Shown here piece after piece: positions 26,092 through 36,090 of a stretch of DNA of 51,467 nucleotides. Numbering within the stretch: position 1 is the stretch's first letter; each line of letters opens with the position of its first letter. The stretch is from positions 1-51,467 of IMG/VR virus record IMGVR_UViG_3300032216_001081; one strand, written 5' to 3'. Below the pieces are notes generated by a model. It did not search any database. It had not been told where the DNA came from and saw only the letters and a list, made by a program, of their open reading frames with translations. A program made the translations under genes and the position numbers. Source of the DNA: a virus (lineage: Duplodnaviria > Caudoviricetes).

Positions 26092-27003
26092 TTAATATCC
26101 AAGTCCGTATTCTCCGCTAAATGCTGAAATGCTGTCAAGATTCCCATATCCTGGTCCAAATGCTGAAAAATCGTTAAGATTAAAATTATTCATTCCGCTA
26201 AATCCAGGAGCCTGAACATAATTTTCGGATTTGTAATTGGGATTCATTTGATTCCAGCCATAGTCAGCAGGAGTGCCACCCTGACCGCCATACAACTGAA
26301 CATCCGAATAAGGGTTGTAATAACTTCCACCAGTATCAAACGTGGTAAAAGCAGGGCTATTGCTAGGGCTTGAAAGAGGGCTGTACCCGTAAGAGCCAGT
26401 TCCCATCCCGCCAAACCCAAGAGGCGAATCGTAGCCGAGTCCAGTGGTTTTTCCGCTAAAGCTAATAGAACCCCTGCCGCCGCTCGCAGGAGAGCCGCCA
26501 GCGCCAAATCCAGCCATGTACCTATCAAGAAGCGAAAGCTGCTGGTTGGCCGCTGCTTCTGGGTCTGGAGCTGCCCCAAGCATGGCGTTGTATTGGGCAA
26601 TCTCAGCAAGCATGGCTGGATTGCTTTGAGTGCTGCCAAGGCCAGTAAGGAAGTTCTGGTAATTGCCAATGCCTTGCTGTTGGAGCGCCTCGCTTGTGGT
26701 GCCTGTAATGTTCATGCCAATCATGTTGGCTAACGGGCTATTTGGCTGGCCCATTGAAAGACCTCGAGCAGCTGCGTAATTACCGATATTGGACTGGGTT
26801 TCTGGAGACAGTTGTCCAGCAAGCTGGTTTCCGATTGCTGCACCGGCCCCACTGGTCAAACCTTGGATGTTTGGATATACGTTAGAAAGCTGGTCGTAAA
26901 TGCTCGGCGGAGCACCTATTTGGCCTGGAACCTTTCCATAGGCTCCCTGACCGCCAGTTGGTAGAGGGCTTAAATTAAAGCCCATGTATTCGTTTGTTGC
27001 CAT
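26092..27003 (-). CDS. Putative pilot/ejection protein
   Basis: G/S/Q/N-rich low complexity; follows the adaptor gene. Confidence 0.55.
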   Translation of the reverse strand: MATNEYMGFNLSPLPTGGQGAYGKVPGQIGAPPSIYDQLSNVYPNIQGLTSGAGAAIGNQLAGQLSPETQSNIGNYAAARGLSMGQPNSPLANMIGMNITGTTSEALQQQGIGNYQNFLTGLGSTQSNPAMLAEIAQYNAMLGAAPDPEAAANQQLSLLDRYMAGFGAGGSPASGGRGSISFSGKTTGLGYDSPLGFGGMGTGSYGYSPLSSPSNSPAFTTFDTGGSYYNPYSDVQLYGGQGGTPADYGWNQMNPNYKSENYVQAPGFSGMNNFNLNDFSAFGPGYGNLDSISAFSGEYGLGY

Positions 27004-27004
27004 A

Positions 27005-27994
27005 TTATATCATCCCCACAGTTTGCCTACTTAAGTCATCGCTTCCAAAAGGTTGAAACCTAACAACCATTTGCTCAAGCGGAAAGCGGCTATTAACCTG
27101 AGCCACCAGCCTGCGCATTGCGTCTTTCTCTTGAGCGTTTGCCACTTCCACGTCACCGGCTTCGCGAGACCTAATTGACTGAACCATTGATTTGATTGCG
27201 TCAACGTTGTCTAAAGGTATTATGTCGGAATCTTGCGACACAGCAGAAAAGCCAATTTTTACCAAAGCACTTACAGGCATTGAAATGCACGGATTTGCCA
27301 GCTTACTGTAAAGAAATCTAGGATTTGTTTCTCCTCCGTTATAAATGGCAAGCAAGTCTCCAATGCCCGTGTTTGCCGCATATGCGTAAAGCCTAACAGG
27401 ACCAACTGTCTGGTCTTTTTGAACGCCAGTAACGTAAGAAAACTGAACAGATGTGACGCGAGAAATGGTAGTTCCAAGTGTACAAACGGCTCCTCGCTGG
27501 ATGCTATTGTCTGAGCGCTGGGTAAAGACTTCCTTTCCGTTATTGTCAATTCCGTAAATAGTGATGGTTTTATTGTAATCAGCAGATGTGTCGCAAATCG
27601 CCATCAAGGAAGTAGGGCTTTCTGCAATTGATTTGAATATGTAGGTTTCTCCAGAAAATGTAATTGCTGGGCGGTCTTTCCAGCAGCGAGCCCATTCGTT
27701 ATGCTCGTCTCCCAAAGAAGTAAAATCATACCAAGTATTCTTGATTGGAATCACGCCCTTTTGCGTTGCGATGCCAAGAACTGTAATGACGTTTGACGGC
27801 CACACAAAGCAGCCATCATACGCCGTTCCCTTGATAGCCTGAACGGTTCCCCACCACCCACGGCTTCCGCCATTCCCCAAGTCCATCAACTGCCTGACGG
27901 CATCGTTGACGTAAAGAGTAAATTGCGGGTCGCTGACATTTACGCCAGCGATGCTCGCAACTGAACTTGTCTTTACCTGCCCTAAAGTAAGCAT
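27005..27994 (-). CDS. Putative head-tail adaptor (tail tubular A-like)
   Basis: Start reassigned to MLTLGQVK; YVNDAVRQL N-terminal helix and terminal helical pair typical of adaptors; synteny. Confidence 0.55.
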   Translation of the reverse strand: MLTLGQVKTSSVASIAGVNVSDPQFTLYVNDAVRQLMDLGNGGSRGWWGTVQAIKGTAYDGCFVWPSNVITVLGIATQKGVIPIKNTWYDFTSLGDEHNEWARCWKDRPAITFSGETYIFKSIAESPTSLMAICDTSADYNKTITIYGIDNNGKEVFTQRSDNSIQRGAVCTLGTTISRVTSVQFSYVTGVQKDQTVGPVRLYAYAANTGIGDLLAIYNGGETNPRFLYSKLANPCISMPVSALVKIGFSAVSQDSDIIPLDNVDAIKSMVQSIRSREAGDVEVANAQEKDAMRRLVAQVNSRFPLEQMVVRFQPFGSDDLSRQTVGMI

Positions 27995-28013
27995 GTCTAA
28001 TAGTCCTATATTT

Positions 28014-29300
28014 TCAAGTAAATGCAACTGTGAATGGAAGTTGGTAAGAGCTTCCGCTTACCATGTAATAAAATTGCACATTCCCAGGAGTAAGTCCTCC
28101 TGGAACACTTATGCTCATTTCAGTTGAACTTGTATAAGTGCAATATAAGTCCACTATTGTCACAGTTCCAAACCTCATGAACCCGCCTTGAGACGGGTCA
28201 AAATCAGACCCGTAAAAAGTGACTACTCCTCCAAGAATACTGCCACCAGTTGACGAAGAAAACGTAGCATGATTAGGCTGTCCGCTAACCTCCGACGATT
28301 GTGGGCCTTCTCCGTAATTTGCGGTAGGCGTAATTTTGTAATAATAAGTGGTATCGTACCTAAGTGCGGTGTTTAAAAAGCTGTTTGTGCCAACGGATGT
28401 TAAAAATGCCTCAGCTCCAGAAGACTCGCTTCTGTATATGTTGTATCCAGTAGCTCCAGACTTTGCCGTCCATGATACTAAATTGGAATAAATTCCCTGA
28501 GAAACTGAAGGACTTGCAACTGCCGTAAAAGAATTTGGGGTTTGAAGAACGTTAACAACTGGCCCTTCAACTCCGTTGATGACAGTGCTTATATCATAAG
28601 ACACCTGAACACTTCCAGGAAGCGCAACGTCCGTAACTGACAAATTGTAAACATTGTCAAAAGCTAAGACTGAATTCCTGTAAATTCTATAAAATGGATA
28701 CGGAAATGCCATGCTTCCAGCAACGCCTGTCCAAGACAAATCAACGGAATAATACCCAGCCGTTGCTGATGGGCTTGTTGGCGCCGCAGGAATAAGTCCA
28801 GTAGCGTTAACTGGAATTGTTAAAAGTGGACCTTCGCCAGCAGTTGAGCTTATTGAAACTTTGTAATACCAATGCTCGCCAGCTGCAACGCCTTCGTCAA
28901 TAAATGGAGACGCGGCAGAGCTTCCTATTAAGCTGTAAGTCGTGTTGTCTGGAGAAGAATAAATCAAATAGCTGTAAGCTGGGTTTAAATCATTAGTCCA
29001 AGATATTGATATTTGACCATAATCTGGTGTGGCAACAACGCTTACTGGTTCAGTTGTTGGAATTGCCGGGCTTCCAGTAATGACTGTGCTTACAGAAGCT
29101 GAATTTATAGCAGCATTGATTTGATAAATTAAAGCATTGGCATCGTCATCATCTGTGACAGTTACCTGAACAACATTTAAATTTCCGCTTAGACCAACGT
29201 TCACTTTAAGCGCGCTCTTGTCGTAAAATACAGATTGAATGTTTTCAATAAACACTTGTATCGGCCTCCCTGGCTCATATGGCAATAATATGGACCTCAT
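28014..29300 (-). CDS. FN3/Ig-repeat tail or receptor-binding protein
   Basis: Repeated FN3 signatures (LSWT...YRIYR...YYKV/I) and a C-terminal IPT-like segment (VTFYGSDF...CTYTSSTEMSISVP). Confidence 0.75.
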   Translation of the reverse strand: MRSILLPYEPGRPIQVFIENIQSVFYDKSALKVNVGLSGNLNVVQVTVTDDDDANALIYQINAAINSASVSTVITGSPAIPTTEPVSVVATPDYGQISISWTNDLNPAYSYLIYSSPDNTTYSLIGSSAASPFIDEGVAAGEHWYYKVSISSTAGEGPLLTIPVNATGLIPAAPTSPSATAGYYSVDLSWTGVAGSMAFPYPFYRIYRNSVLAFDNVYNLSVTDVALPGSVQVSYDISTVINGVEGPVVNVLQTPNSFTAVASPSVSQGIYSNLVSWTAKSGATGYNIYRSESSGAEAFLTSVGTNSFLNTALRYDTTYYYKITPTANYGEGPQSSEVSGQPNHATFSSSTGGSILGGVVTFYGSDFDPSQGGFMRFGTVTIVDLYCTYTSSTEMSISVPGGLTPGNVQFYYMVSGSSYQLPFTVAFT

Positions 29301-31957
29301 ATTGGCAAAAGAATTGTGGGTTCTGGGACTTCGTCTGCAACAAGTTTAAAGTTTGTCAGCATACAAGGAGAAGAAAACAAAACTTTAACTTGGAAATTAA
29401 AACCTTCTCGTAACGGAGAATTGTTTGATGGGTCATACACGGTTCCGCTTGGAGAACCAAGAGACACCCTGCGGCGATAACCAGGGTCACTATCTCCTTG
29501 ATATTTAATCAAAGAAGAATACCAATAAGTCCAATTTGGGTTTTGGTCAGAGCGATAATAAACAGTATAATTAACATCTGATTGAATTTGAGTTAATGAA
29601 AACTCACCGCTTAAGAGCCTTTTGTACGGACGTTGACCGCTTGGCTGGTCAACAACCATCATTGGAGACTCGAACGACCAAGCAAACGAATCGTAATTAG
29701 TTTCAACTTTTGATTCTGAATCTGTCAAAATTCTATAAAGTTCAATTTCTGTTCCGTCATCTGAAAGACAAAGAGCATAACATTGTTTTGCGTCATTAAA
29801 AAACCCAGTAACAAATTGAAGAACGTTAATGCCCGTCCATTCTCCTTCCCAGATTGCTGGAGCTTTTCCAGAAAGATTGCTAATCGGGTCAAAGTTTAAA
29901 GAAACCATTGATTGTCCACAGACGCCTCTTGAATATTCGACAAGCTTGCAAGTCATCAACAACCGATTGTCAAACGTCGTCATGCTTGTAAACGGAAGTA
30001 GCGATGGATTGTCGTCTCTGATTATTGGACTTACTTCAATGCTTATCGGAGTGTTCCCCCATTTGTTGAAATCAAGCCTAGCCATCAACATTGACTGGAC
30101 TCCGCCATCAGAAAGCCTGAAAAACAAATCTCCGTTTGTTTGAGCTATCGCATATTGAGATATTGCACCAGAGCCAATAAGGCCTTCAGTTTGAATCGGG
30201 CTTGTCAGTTTTGCCCAAGTCGTTGCATCGGCAGGGGCAGCATTAGAAAACACAGTATCATCTGTGAATATTTGCAATGGGCCTTGGCCTATTGAAGTGT
30301 CTAGCTGAGCGGTAAACTGCATCGCTCTAATCTTTTCACCAGCTCCAGGAACAACAAACGCAAGGCCAGTTCCATTCACTTGGCCTCCTGCTAAGAATTG
30401 GTTTTGACTTACTTTTAAGACAGCATCAACAAATCTATAATTTGTAGGAGACACATTTGTTCCAGACGATGACCCAACAAGGTCTCCAGCTATGTAGCTT
30501 TTTCCATCTGGAAGAGACATCCAATTTCTTCCAAGACCATAAACTCCAATGGTTCCAACTGGAAGCTCTGGAATTGGAACAATGGCCGTGTTGGCAGGAA
30601 TAACGCTTCCAGTAACTCCAGTTTGATTTTGCAGCTGAACGTAATTGGTTGTTGTTCCCTGCTGCGTTTGAGCAGCAGTTACAAAAAAGTAATCGTAATA
30701 ATTTTGAACAGTTTCACCAACAGCAGGTTGAGCAAGAAGCAGCTGACCTGACTGAACTGATGCACCAGAAGAAAGTTGAAAACTTATTGAACTTACATTT
30801 ACAGTTGCAAAAATAGTGCCAACAGATGTTGTCCCGCCTTGCTGACAAAAGATGTACTGGTTTAAAGATGTTGGATTTCCAGTAACAACATTTATAGGAG
30901 CTGAAGATGTTGGCTTTTGAACAATCTTACAATTAATTAAATTTGCACCTGATACAAACCCAGTAAAAATGCACGCCTGCAAGTTTGTAGAATATGCGTC
31001 AAAAGTGTATTGTGTTCCAGAAGCTAGTCCATCTGGAGTTACGTTTAACGCAACTGTAAAAAAGTTGTCATATGCTGGAATTCCACTTGTACCTCCATTC
31101 ATTGCTCCAGTTCCTGTAACCGCAAACGGCGCGCCGTTTGAGCTAACTCTTGGTGAATTATATACACAATTTCCATTATTATCTAACTGTGTACACCAAT
31201 CATGCACAACTGGAGTGCAAGTTCCAAAAATTGGTTTTCCTGTTGCTGCAACTGTAAGTGGAAGGCATGTTGCAGAAGTTATGTATGTACTTGTTCCTTG
31301 AATATAAGTTAGCGACAAAACTTGGCATTGATAGCCGTTTACCAAAATAGTGTCGTTAACAGACATACCCCTGTACAATGATTGTTTATTGTAATTTGGG
31401 TCAAATGCTGTATTTGCTGGTATCGCCATTGTAAATGGCGTTGCAGCAGTTCCTCCAATGGAATCAGTTGGCGCAAGAAAATTTGCCTGCCCCCAATCAG
31501 TAATTGTTGTTGACCCTTGTTTTACGGCTGTTGCGTTGTTTATGTAACAGCTATAATTTGAAGTTTTATAAACAACAGTTTGAATTGGCGGAGCGTTAAG
31601 AAGTTGGTCTGAAGCACTTCCAACTAAAATGTTTTGTTTTGTTACATTTATTGAAGATGCAGTTGTGTCACCGCCTATTTTTGTAATTACAAATTGAGAC
31701 GTTCCAACAAGAACAGACTGCTTCAAATAAGAAGAGCCAAGCAAAGTTGTCGTGTTTGATGAAACAACTTCTCCGACTTTTGGAATGGTAAGGTCTGCGG
31801 TGATGTTGCCAATGGATTGAGTAGACGCTCCATTTGACCTTCTAAGGCCAGTTCCATCATAAATCACTGGAAGGCTTAGACCATCATTCCAAATAAGAAA
31901 CTGCTCTGATTGCCATAACCAGTTTTGCCTAGCTTTTGGTGAATTGGTTATAGGCAT
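29297..31957 (-). CDS. Tail nozzle / stabilisation protein, main part, with long T/S/G-rich insertion
   Basis: Propeller-like segments (FLIWNDG..PVIYDG; GDLFFRLSDGG; FDNRLLMT; WEGEWTG); synteny. Confidence 0.6.
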   Translation of the reverse strand: MPITNSPKARQNWLWQSEQFLIWNDGLSLPVIYDGTGLRRSNGASTQSIGNITADLTIPKVGEVVSSNTTTLLGSSYLKQSVLVGTSQFVITKIGGDTTASSINVTKQNILVGSASDQLLNAPPIQTVVYKTSNYSCYINNATAVKQGSTTITDWGQANFLAPTDSIGGTAATPFTMAIPANTAFDPNYNKQSLYRGMSVNDTILVNGYQCQVLSLTYIQGTSTYITSATCLPLTVAATGKPIFGTCTPVVHDWCTQLDNNGNCVYNSPRVSSNGAPFAVTGTGAMNGGTSGIPAYDNFFTVALNVTPDGLASGTQYTFDAYSTNLQACIFTGFVSGANLINCKIVQKPTSSAPINVVTGNPTSLNQYIFCQQGGTTSVGTIFATVNVSSISFQLSSGASVQSGQLLLAQPAVGETVQNYYDYFFVTAAQTQQGTTTNYVQLQNQTGVTGSVIPANTAIVPIPELPVGTIGVYGLGRNWMSLPDGKSYIAGDLVGSSSGTNVSPTNYRFVDAVLKVSQNQFLAGGQVNGTGLAFVVPGAGEKIRAMQFTAQLDTSIGQGPLQIFTDDTVFSNAAPADATTWAKLTSPIQTEGLIGSGAISQYAIAQTNGDLFFRLSDGGVQSMLMARLDFNKWGNTPISIEVSPIIRDDNPSLLPFTSMTTFDNRLLMTCKLVEYSRGVCGQSMVSLNFDPISNLSGKAPAIWEGEWTGINVLQFVTGFFNDAKQCYALCLSDDGTEIELYRILTDSESKVETNYDSFAWSFESPMMVVDQPSGQRPYKRLLSGEFSLTQIQSDVNYTVYYRSDQNPNWTYWYSSLIKYQGDSDPGYRRRVSLGSPSGTVYDPSNNSPLREGFNFQVKVLFSSPCMLTNFKLVADEVPEPTILLPI

Positions 31958-31958
31958 T

Positions 31959-33152
31959 TTATACAGGGGTTACTGTTGCTGTGACTGCATTTCCTGGCAT
32001 GCTGTTAAATGTTCCGCCGTAAAACCTAATTAGCTGGCAAGTTAATCCAAACAATTGAACTGTGCCGCCTCCGTAATTAGTTGTAGATGACGGCCACGGA
32101 TACCAAAGACCTGCTTCATTTGCGCCTGTTGTAACATCCGAATAAAACTCATCGGCTATAACATGAAAATATGAACCAGCATAATCACCAGTTATTGGAT
32201 ACGAATTAGACGTAACTTGATTGCCAGTTTTTGACGAAATTGCAAAACCAACGCTTTTGCTTCCTTCAACAGTTCTATTCAGACCAGCAAGTTTGTAATA
32301 ATTGTTTACGCCATTTGTTCTTCCAGTATCAATATAAACTCCGCAATTAACATCCAGTTCTATAATGCTTGAATACGTTCCATTTAAAGAAGAAGACCTG
32401 TAAACAATTACAGACGTACAATTTGATGCAATTGCCTTTTGAGTGTCCCATGCCATTCCAACTGACCCAGATTTAACTGAGTTGTGGGCAATCATTACAG
32501 GTATTCCAGGAGTAAGAGCTGAAATTGGACTTGCGCTGACTTGAGCTGAATTTGCGCTTTCCCCGCCGCTGTTAGTTGCTGATACAACGTAATAATAAGT
32601 TGTCCCGTTTACGGCTGTTGAATCCGTATAAAGATTGTTTGTGAGCGAGCCAAGGCTGACATATCCAGACCCGCTTGCTGTTGACCTTTTTACAGTGTAT
32701 TGAATTGCGCCATCGACAATATCCCACTGCAAGTTGACAGAAGAATCTCCAGCCGTTGCAATAAGATTCAAAGGAGGATTTGGAAACGACGGGTTTGGAT
32801 TTGGTATTGAGCTTGTCTGTTTGATTTCAGACAAAAGAATTGAACCGTTGGCGCCAATGGAAAAAGCATAAAGCCTTCCTGCAACAACGCACATAATATA
32901 ACCGTTTTGAGGGCTTCTGTAATACGTTGCACCTTGAAACCATCCAGACTGAAATGCAGCTTTTGTTGCGTCAGAATCGTATTTTATGATTTGTTTTTGA
33001 AACCTTGGGCGTTCATTTACAAACGTGCCGCGCATGGTTGCGTTTGTAGCCATTGCCAACTGGTCGGCAGGAAGCAGCAACGGGTCAACATCAGAATTGA
33101 TTCCTTTTGGAAACGCTCTGAAATATCCGTAAAACTTTTTTCCTTCTGGCAT
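31959..33152 (-). CDS. Nozzle N-terminal-like segment fused to FN3 domains
   Basis: GINSDVDPLLLPADQLAMATN...RP start typical of nozzle proteins, then LIATAGDSSVNLQW...YTVKRS...YYYVVSATN FN3. Confidence 0.6.
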   Translation of the reverse strand: MPEGKKFYGYFRAFPKGINSDVDPLLLPADQLAMATNATMRGTFVNERPRFQKQIIKYDSDATKAAFQSGWFQGATYYRSPQNGYIMCVVAGRLYAFSIGANGSILLSEIKQTSSIPNPNPSFPNPPLNLIATAGDSSVNLQWDIVDGAIQYTVKRSTASGSGYVSLGSLTNNLYTDSTAVNGTTYYYVVSATNSGGESANSAQVSASPISALTPGIPVMIAHNSVKSGSVGMAWDTQKAIASNCTSVIVYRSSSLNGTYSSIIELDVNCGVYIDTGRTNGVNNYYKLAGLNRTVEGSKSVGFAISSKTGNQVTSNSYPITGDYAGSYFHVIADEFYSDVTTGANEAGLWYPWPSSTTNYGGGTVQLFGLTCQLIRFYGGTFNSMPGNAVTATVTPV

Positions 33153-33153
33153 A

Positions 33154-33963
33154 TTATTTTAAAAGCCAAACTGTATTTGACCTTACAAAAAGTTGACCAT
33201 TCGTCGTGGTGCATATTGAACCACTTGGCCCAGTCAAAAATGATGGGTTTGCATTTGTTGCGTAGGAATACCAAATCATACCATTGTTTGTAACAACATT
33301 GCATGAAATTGGGCTTGAAGTTATAATTGGGCCAGACCCATAATAACCGCCTTTATTTGTGACGTTTCCCCACGCCGTAATTCCTTTAGCTGAATCAATT
33401 GAACCAGCATTTGTAAAGTTTCCAGACGAGCTGATTGAGCCAGCTGCTCCGCTTGACCCGTTTCCAAATATCACCCCTCCAGTTCCGTTGGCGTAACTTA
33501 AATTAATTGACCCAGATGCTGACGGCGGATTTAAAACAAAATTATTGGCGTCCCAGCTTCCCACATTGTAAGAAAAGTTATTGTGAATTCTTATATTTCC
33601 GCTTGATGCTAGGTAAAAATACTTTCCAGCCCCGGCACCATTCATGTCTATAATTCCGCTTACATTTATATCCCCTGCCGCATTTACCGCTCCTCCGCCA
33701 TTGCAATTTAAAGTTCCAAAAGAAGTAATTTGGTTTGTTCCAAAAACGTTATAAGCGTTTAAATTTGTGGTATAAACTGTGCCAGATTTTATGTTTGTGG
33801 CTGTGGCTGTTCCAATTATTGTGAGATTTGAAACAGTTGTGTTAGGCGCAATTGTTGGAACATTTGTTGCAATGTATTGATAAAAGTTTGTTGCCGGTAA
33901 ATAATACTGAGATTTACACGCAACAGACGATAGCAACAGAAATAGGGCAATCAATTTTTTCAT
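33154..33963 (-). CDS. Tail-fibre-like protein with N-terminal signal peptide
   Basis: MKKLIALFLLLSSVACKSQ leader; G/N/T/S-rich beta-repeat body; C-terminal GS...LFV...W module. Confidence 0.65.
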   Translation of the reverse strand: MKKLIALFLLLSSVACKSQYYLPATNFYQYIATNVPTIAPNTTVSNLTIIGTATATNIKSGTVYTTNLNAYNVFGTNQITSFGTLNCNGGGAVNAAGDINVSGIIDMNGAGAGKYFYLASSGNIRIHNNFSYNVGSWDANNFVLNPPSASGSINLSYANGTGGVIFGNGSSGAAGSISSSGNFTNAGSIDSAKGITAWGNVTNKGGYYGSGPIITSSPISCNVVTNNGMIWYSYATNANPSFLTGPSGSICTTTNGQLFVRSNTVWLLK

Positions 33964-33964
33964 A

Positions 33965-34195
33965 TTAGTTAGCAGACCAGCTTGCGGTTAAAGGGTTCCA
34001 AACAAAAATAGGGCCGTGGCCGTTAAGCTCAAATGCAGTGCATCCAAGGCTCGGGTCAGGTGGAACTGTGCCAATAGTTGACGGAGTTCCGTTTGTAATG
34101 TCGTAAAACAAATTTGGGTTCGATGTCATATCAATAGAAACAGCAGTTCCAGGGCATCCAGAATCAAAAGCAGGCGTTGTTACTAATTGGCTCAT
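33965..34195 (-). CDS. Small putative fibre-anchor protein
   Basis: PPDPSLG...IFVWNP..SW module; first gene of the tail unit, divergent from terL. Confidence 0.55.
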   Translation of the reverse strand: MSQLVTTPAFDSGCPGTAVSIDMTSNPNLFYDITNGTPSTIGTVPPDPSLGCTAFELNGHGPIFVWNPLTASWSAN

Positions 34196-34254
34196 AATCG
34201 TTGCTAATACATATATACCTTGAATTAATGCAAATCAACTGCATAATTTAAAAC

Positions 34255-36090
34255 ATGGCTGCACCTTTAATTCGTTACGGACTCAAATGGCCCACAGGAA
34301 CTTCAGAGCTTGAAATTGAGCGTCAGATGATTCGCCGTGGCGGACAATGGAAGAACAAAGAAGGCAAAACCTTTGGTGACGGCATGTTTGAGCATTACAA
34401 AAGATTTGAGTCCTTGCTATGGCCGACGATGAAGATGTGGCACAGATGGAACGAAATGCAGCTTCAGGAGTATTTAACCCACAGAACAATTGGAGTTATC
34501 GGTCCAGCCAGCAGCGGAAAAACAAACGGAGCAGCCACAGACGGACTTGCTGACTATTACGTCTGGCCTGAATGCACCAGCGTAATCATTTGCTCAACCA
34601 CAAAAGAACGCCTTGAAGACCGCATATGGGGCGAAATCAAGAAATACCACAAGGCCGCTAAGAAGATTTGGCCTGAACTCCCAGGAAACCTAATTGAAGG
34701 CCGCTTGCGTTTGGTGACAGACCATAGGGACGATAGCGAAGATGGCCGAGACTTCCGCAATGGAATCATTGGAGTGCCCTGTAAAAGCGGTGGAAATTAC
34801 GTCGGTCTTGGAGATTTCATCGGTTTGAAGAACAAGCGGGTCAGACTGATTGCCGACGAGCTTCAGCTCCTTCCACCTGCATTTGTGTTTGCCATATCAA
34901 ACTTGGACAAAAACCCAGATTTTAAGGCTATTGGCCTTGGCAACCCCAAGGAGACCACGGATGCCCTAGGCGCTCTCTGCGAACCCGCCTTTGAGCTTGG
35001 AGGGTGGGAGGGCGGTGTTGACCAGACCCCAGAAACAAAGTCGTGGAAAACGAGACGCCCAGACGGCATATGCCTTCAGCTAGTTGGAACCGACTCACCA
35101 AACTTGGACGGACATCTTGGCATACCGCTAATCACACAAGAAGCCATTGACCGCGATATTTCTCAGTACGGCAAGGATTCCCTTCAGTTCACCATGATGA
35201 ACCAAGGAATGATGCCAAAAGGCCAAGGAAGCCGCAGGGTGCTTACAAGGCAGCTTTGCCATAAGAACGGCGCAATGGAAGACCCTATATGGGCAGACAG
35301 CAATCACATCAACATTGGATTCTTGGACGCGGCCTACAAAGGGGTTGGCGGTGACAGATGCGTATTTGGGCAACTTAAACTTGGATTTGAAATGATTCCT
35401 GAGCCGGATTCTTCTCAAGTGGTTTGGAATGTTACCAATCAAAATTCAAGCAACTATAAGAAAAAGCAAATCATTGCATTAGTAGACCTAATAAATGTAC
35501 CGATTAACGTCAAAATTGATGTTGAGCCGGAAGAACAGATTGTCAACTTTGTCAAAGAACAATGCGGAAGGCGCTTCATAGACCCAAGCAGTTTCTTTTT
35601 TGACTCTGGCATGAGAACCAGCTTGGTTACGGCTTTTGGCAGGCTTTGGACTCCGCAGGTAAATTCAATTGATTGCGGAGGCTCTCCTTCAGACAGGATG
35701 GTATCTACGCAGCTCCAGGTTCCGTGCAATCAGCATTACAGCAAGTTTGTCACAGAGCTTTGGTTTAGCGTCAGACTTGCGATTGAGTCGGGCCAATTTC
35801 GCGGCATGACTGAAGCAGTCCTAAAGGAAGGCTGTCAGCGCGAATGGCGCATGGTCGGCAAGAACAAGATTGAGGTCGAGAGCAAGGTGACAATGAAAAG
35901 CAAGACTGGCTATTCGCCCGACTTGTTTGACGCACTTGCGATAGGCGTTGAAGGAGCTAGGCGTCTTGGCTTTGTGTTTCAAGGCCTGTACGCAAAAACA
36001 GAAGAAAACAAAGCCAGCAACGCTTGGAAGCGAAAACTTAAAGAAAGGTCAGACAAGCTTTGGAAAGAAGGCGAGCTTACCTATAATTAA
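34255..36090 (+). CDS. terL: Terminase large subunit
   Basis: Walker A GPASSGKT, Walker B LIADE, GNP coupling motif, nuclease FLDAA..GGD and SPDLFDAL. Confidence 0.88.
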   Translation: MAAPLIRYGLKWPTGTSELEIERQMIRRGGQWKNKEGKTFGDGMFEHYKRFESLLWPTMKMWHRWNEMQLQEYLTHRTIGVIGPASSGKTNGAATDGLADYYVWPECTSVIICSTTKERLEDRIWGEIKKYHKAAKKIWPELPGNLIEGRLRLVTDHRDDSEDGRDFRNGIIGVPCKSGGNYVGLGDFIGLKNKRVRLIADELQLLPPAFVFAISNLDKNPDFKAIGLGNPKETTDALGALCEPAFELGGWEGGVDQTPETKSWKTRRPDGICLQLVGTDSPNLDGHLGIPLITQEAIDRDISQYGKDSLQFTMMNQGMMPKGQGSRRVLTRQLCHKNGAMEDPIWADSNHINIGFLDAAYKGVGGDRCVFGQLKLGFEMIPEPDSSQVVWNVTNQNSSNYKKKQIIALVDLINVPINVKIDVEPEEQIVNFVKEQCGRRFIDPSSFFFDSGMRTSLVTAFGRLWTPQVNSIDCGGSPSDRMVSTQLQVPCNQHYSKFVTELWFSVRLAIESGQFRGMTEAVLKEGCQREWRMVGKNKIEVESKVTMKSKTGYSPDLFDALAIGVEGARRLGFVFQGLYAKTEENKASNAWKRKLKERSDKLWKEGELTYN

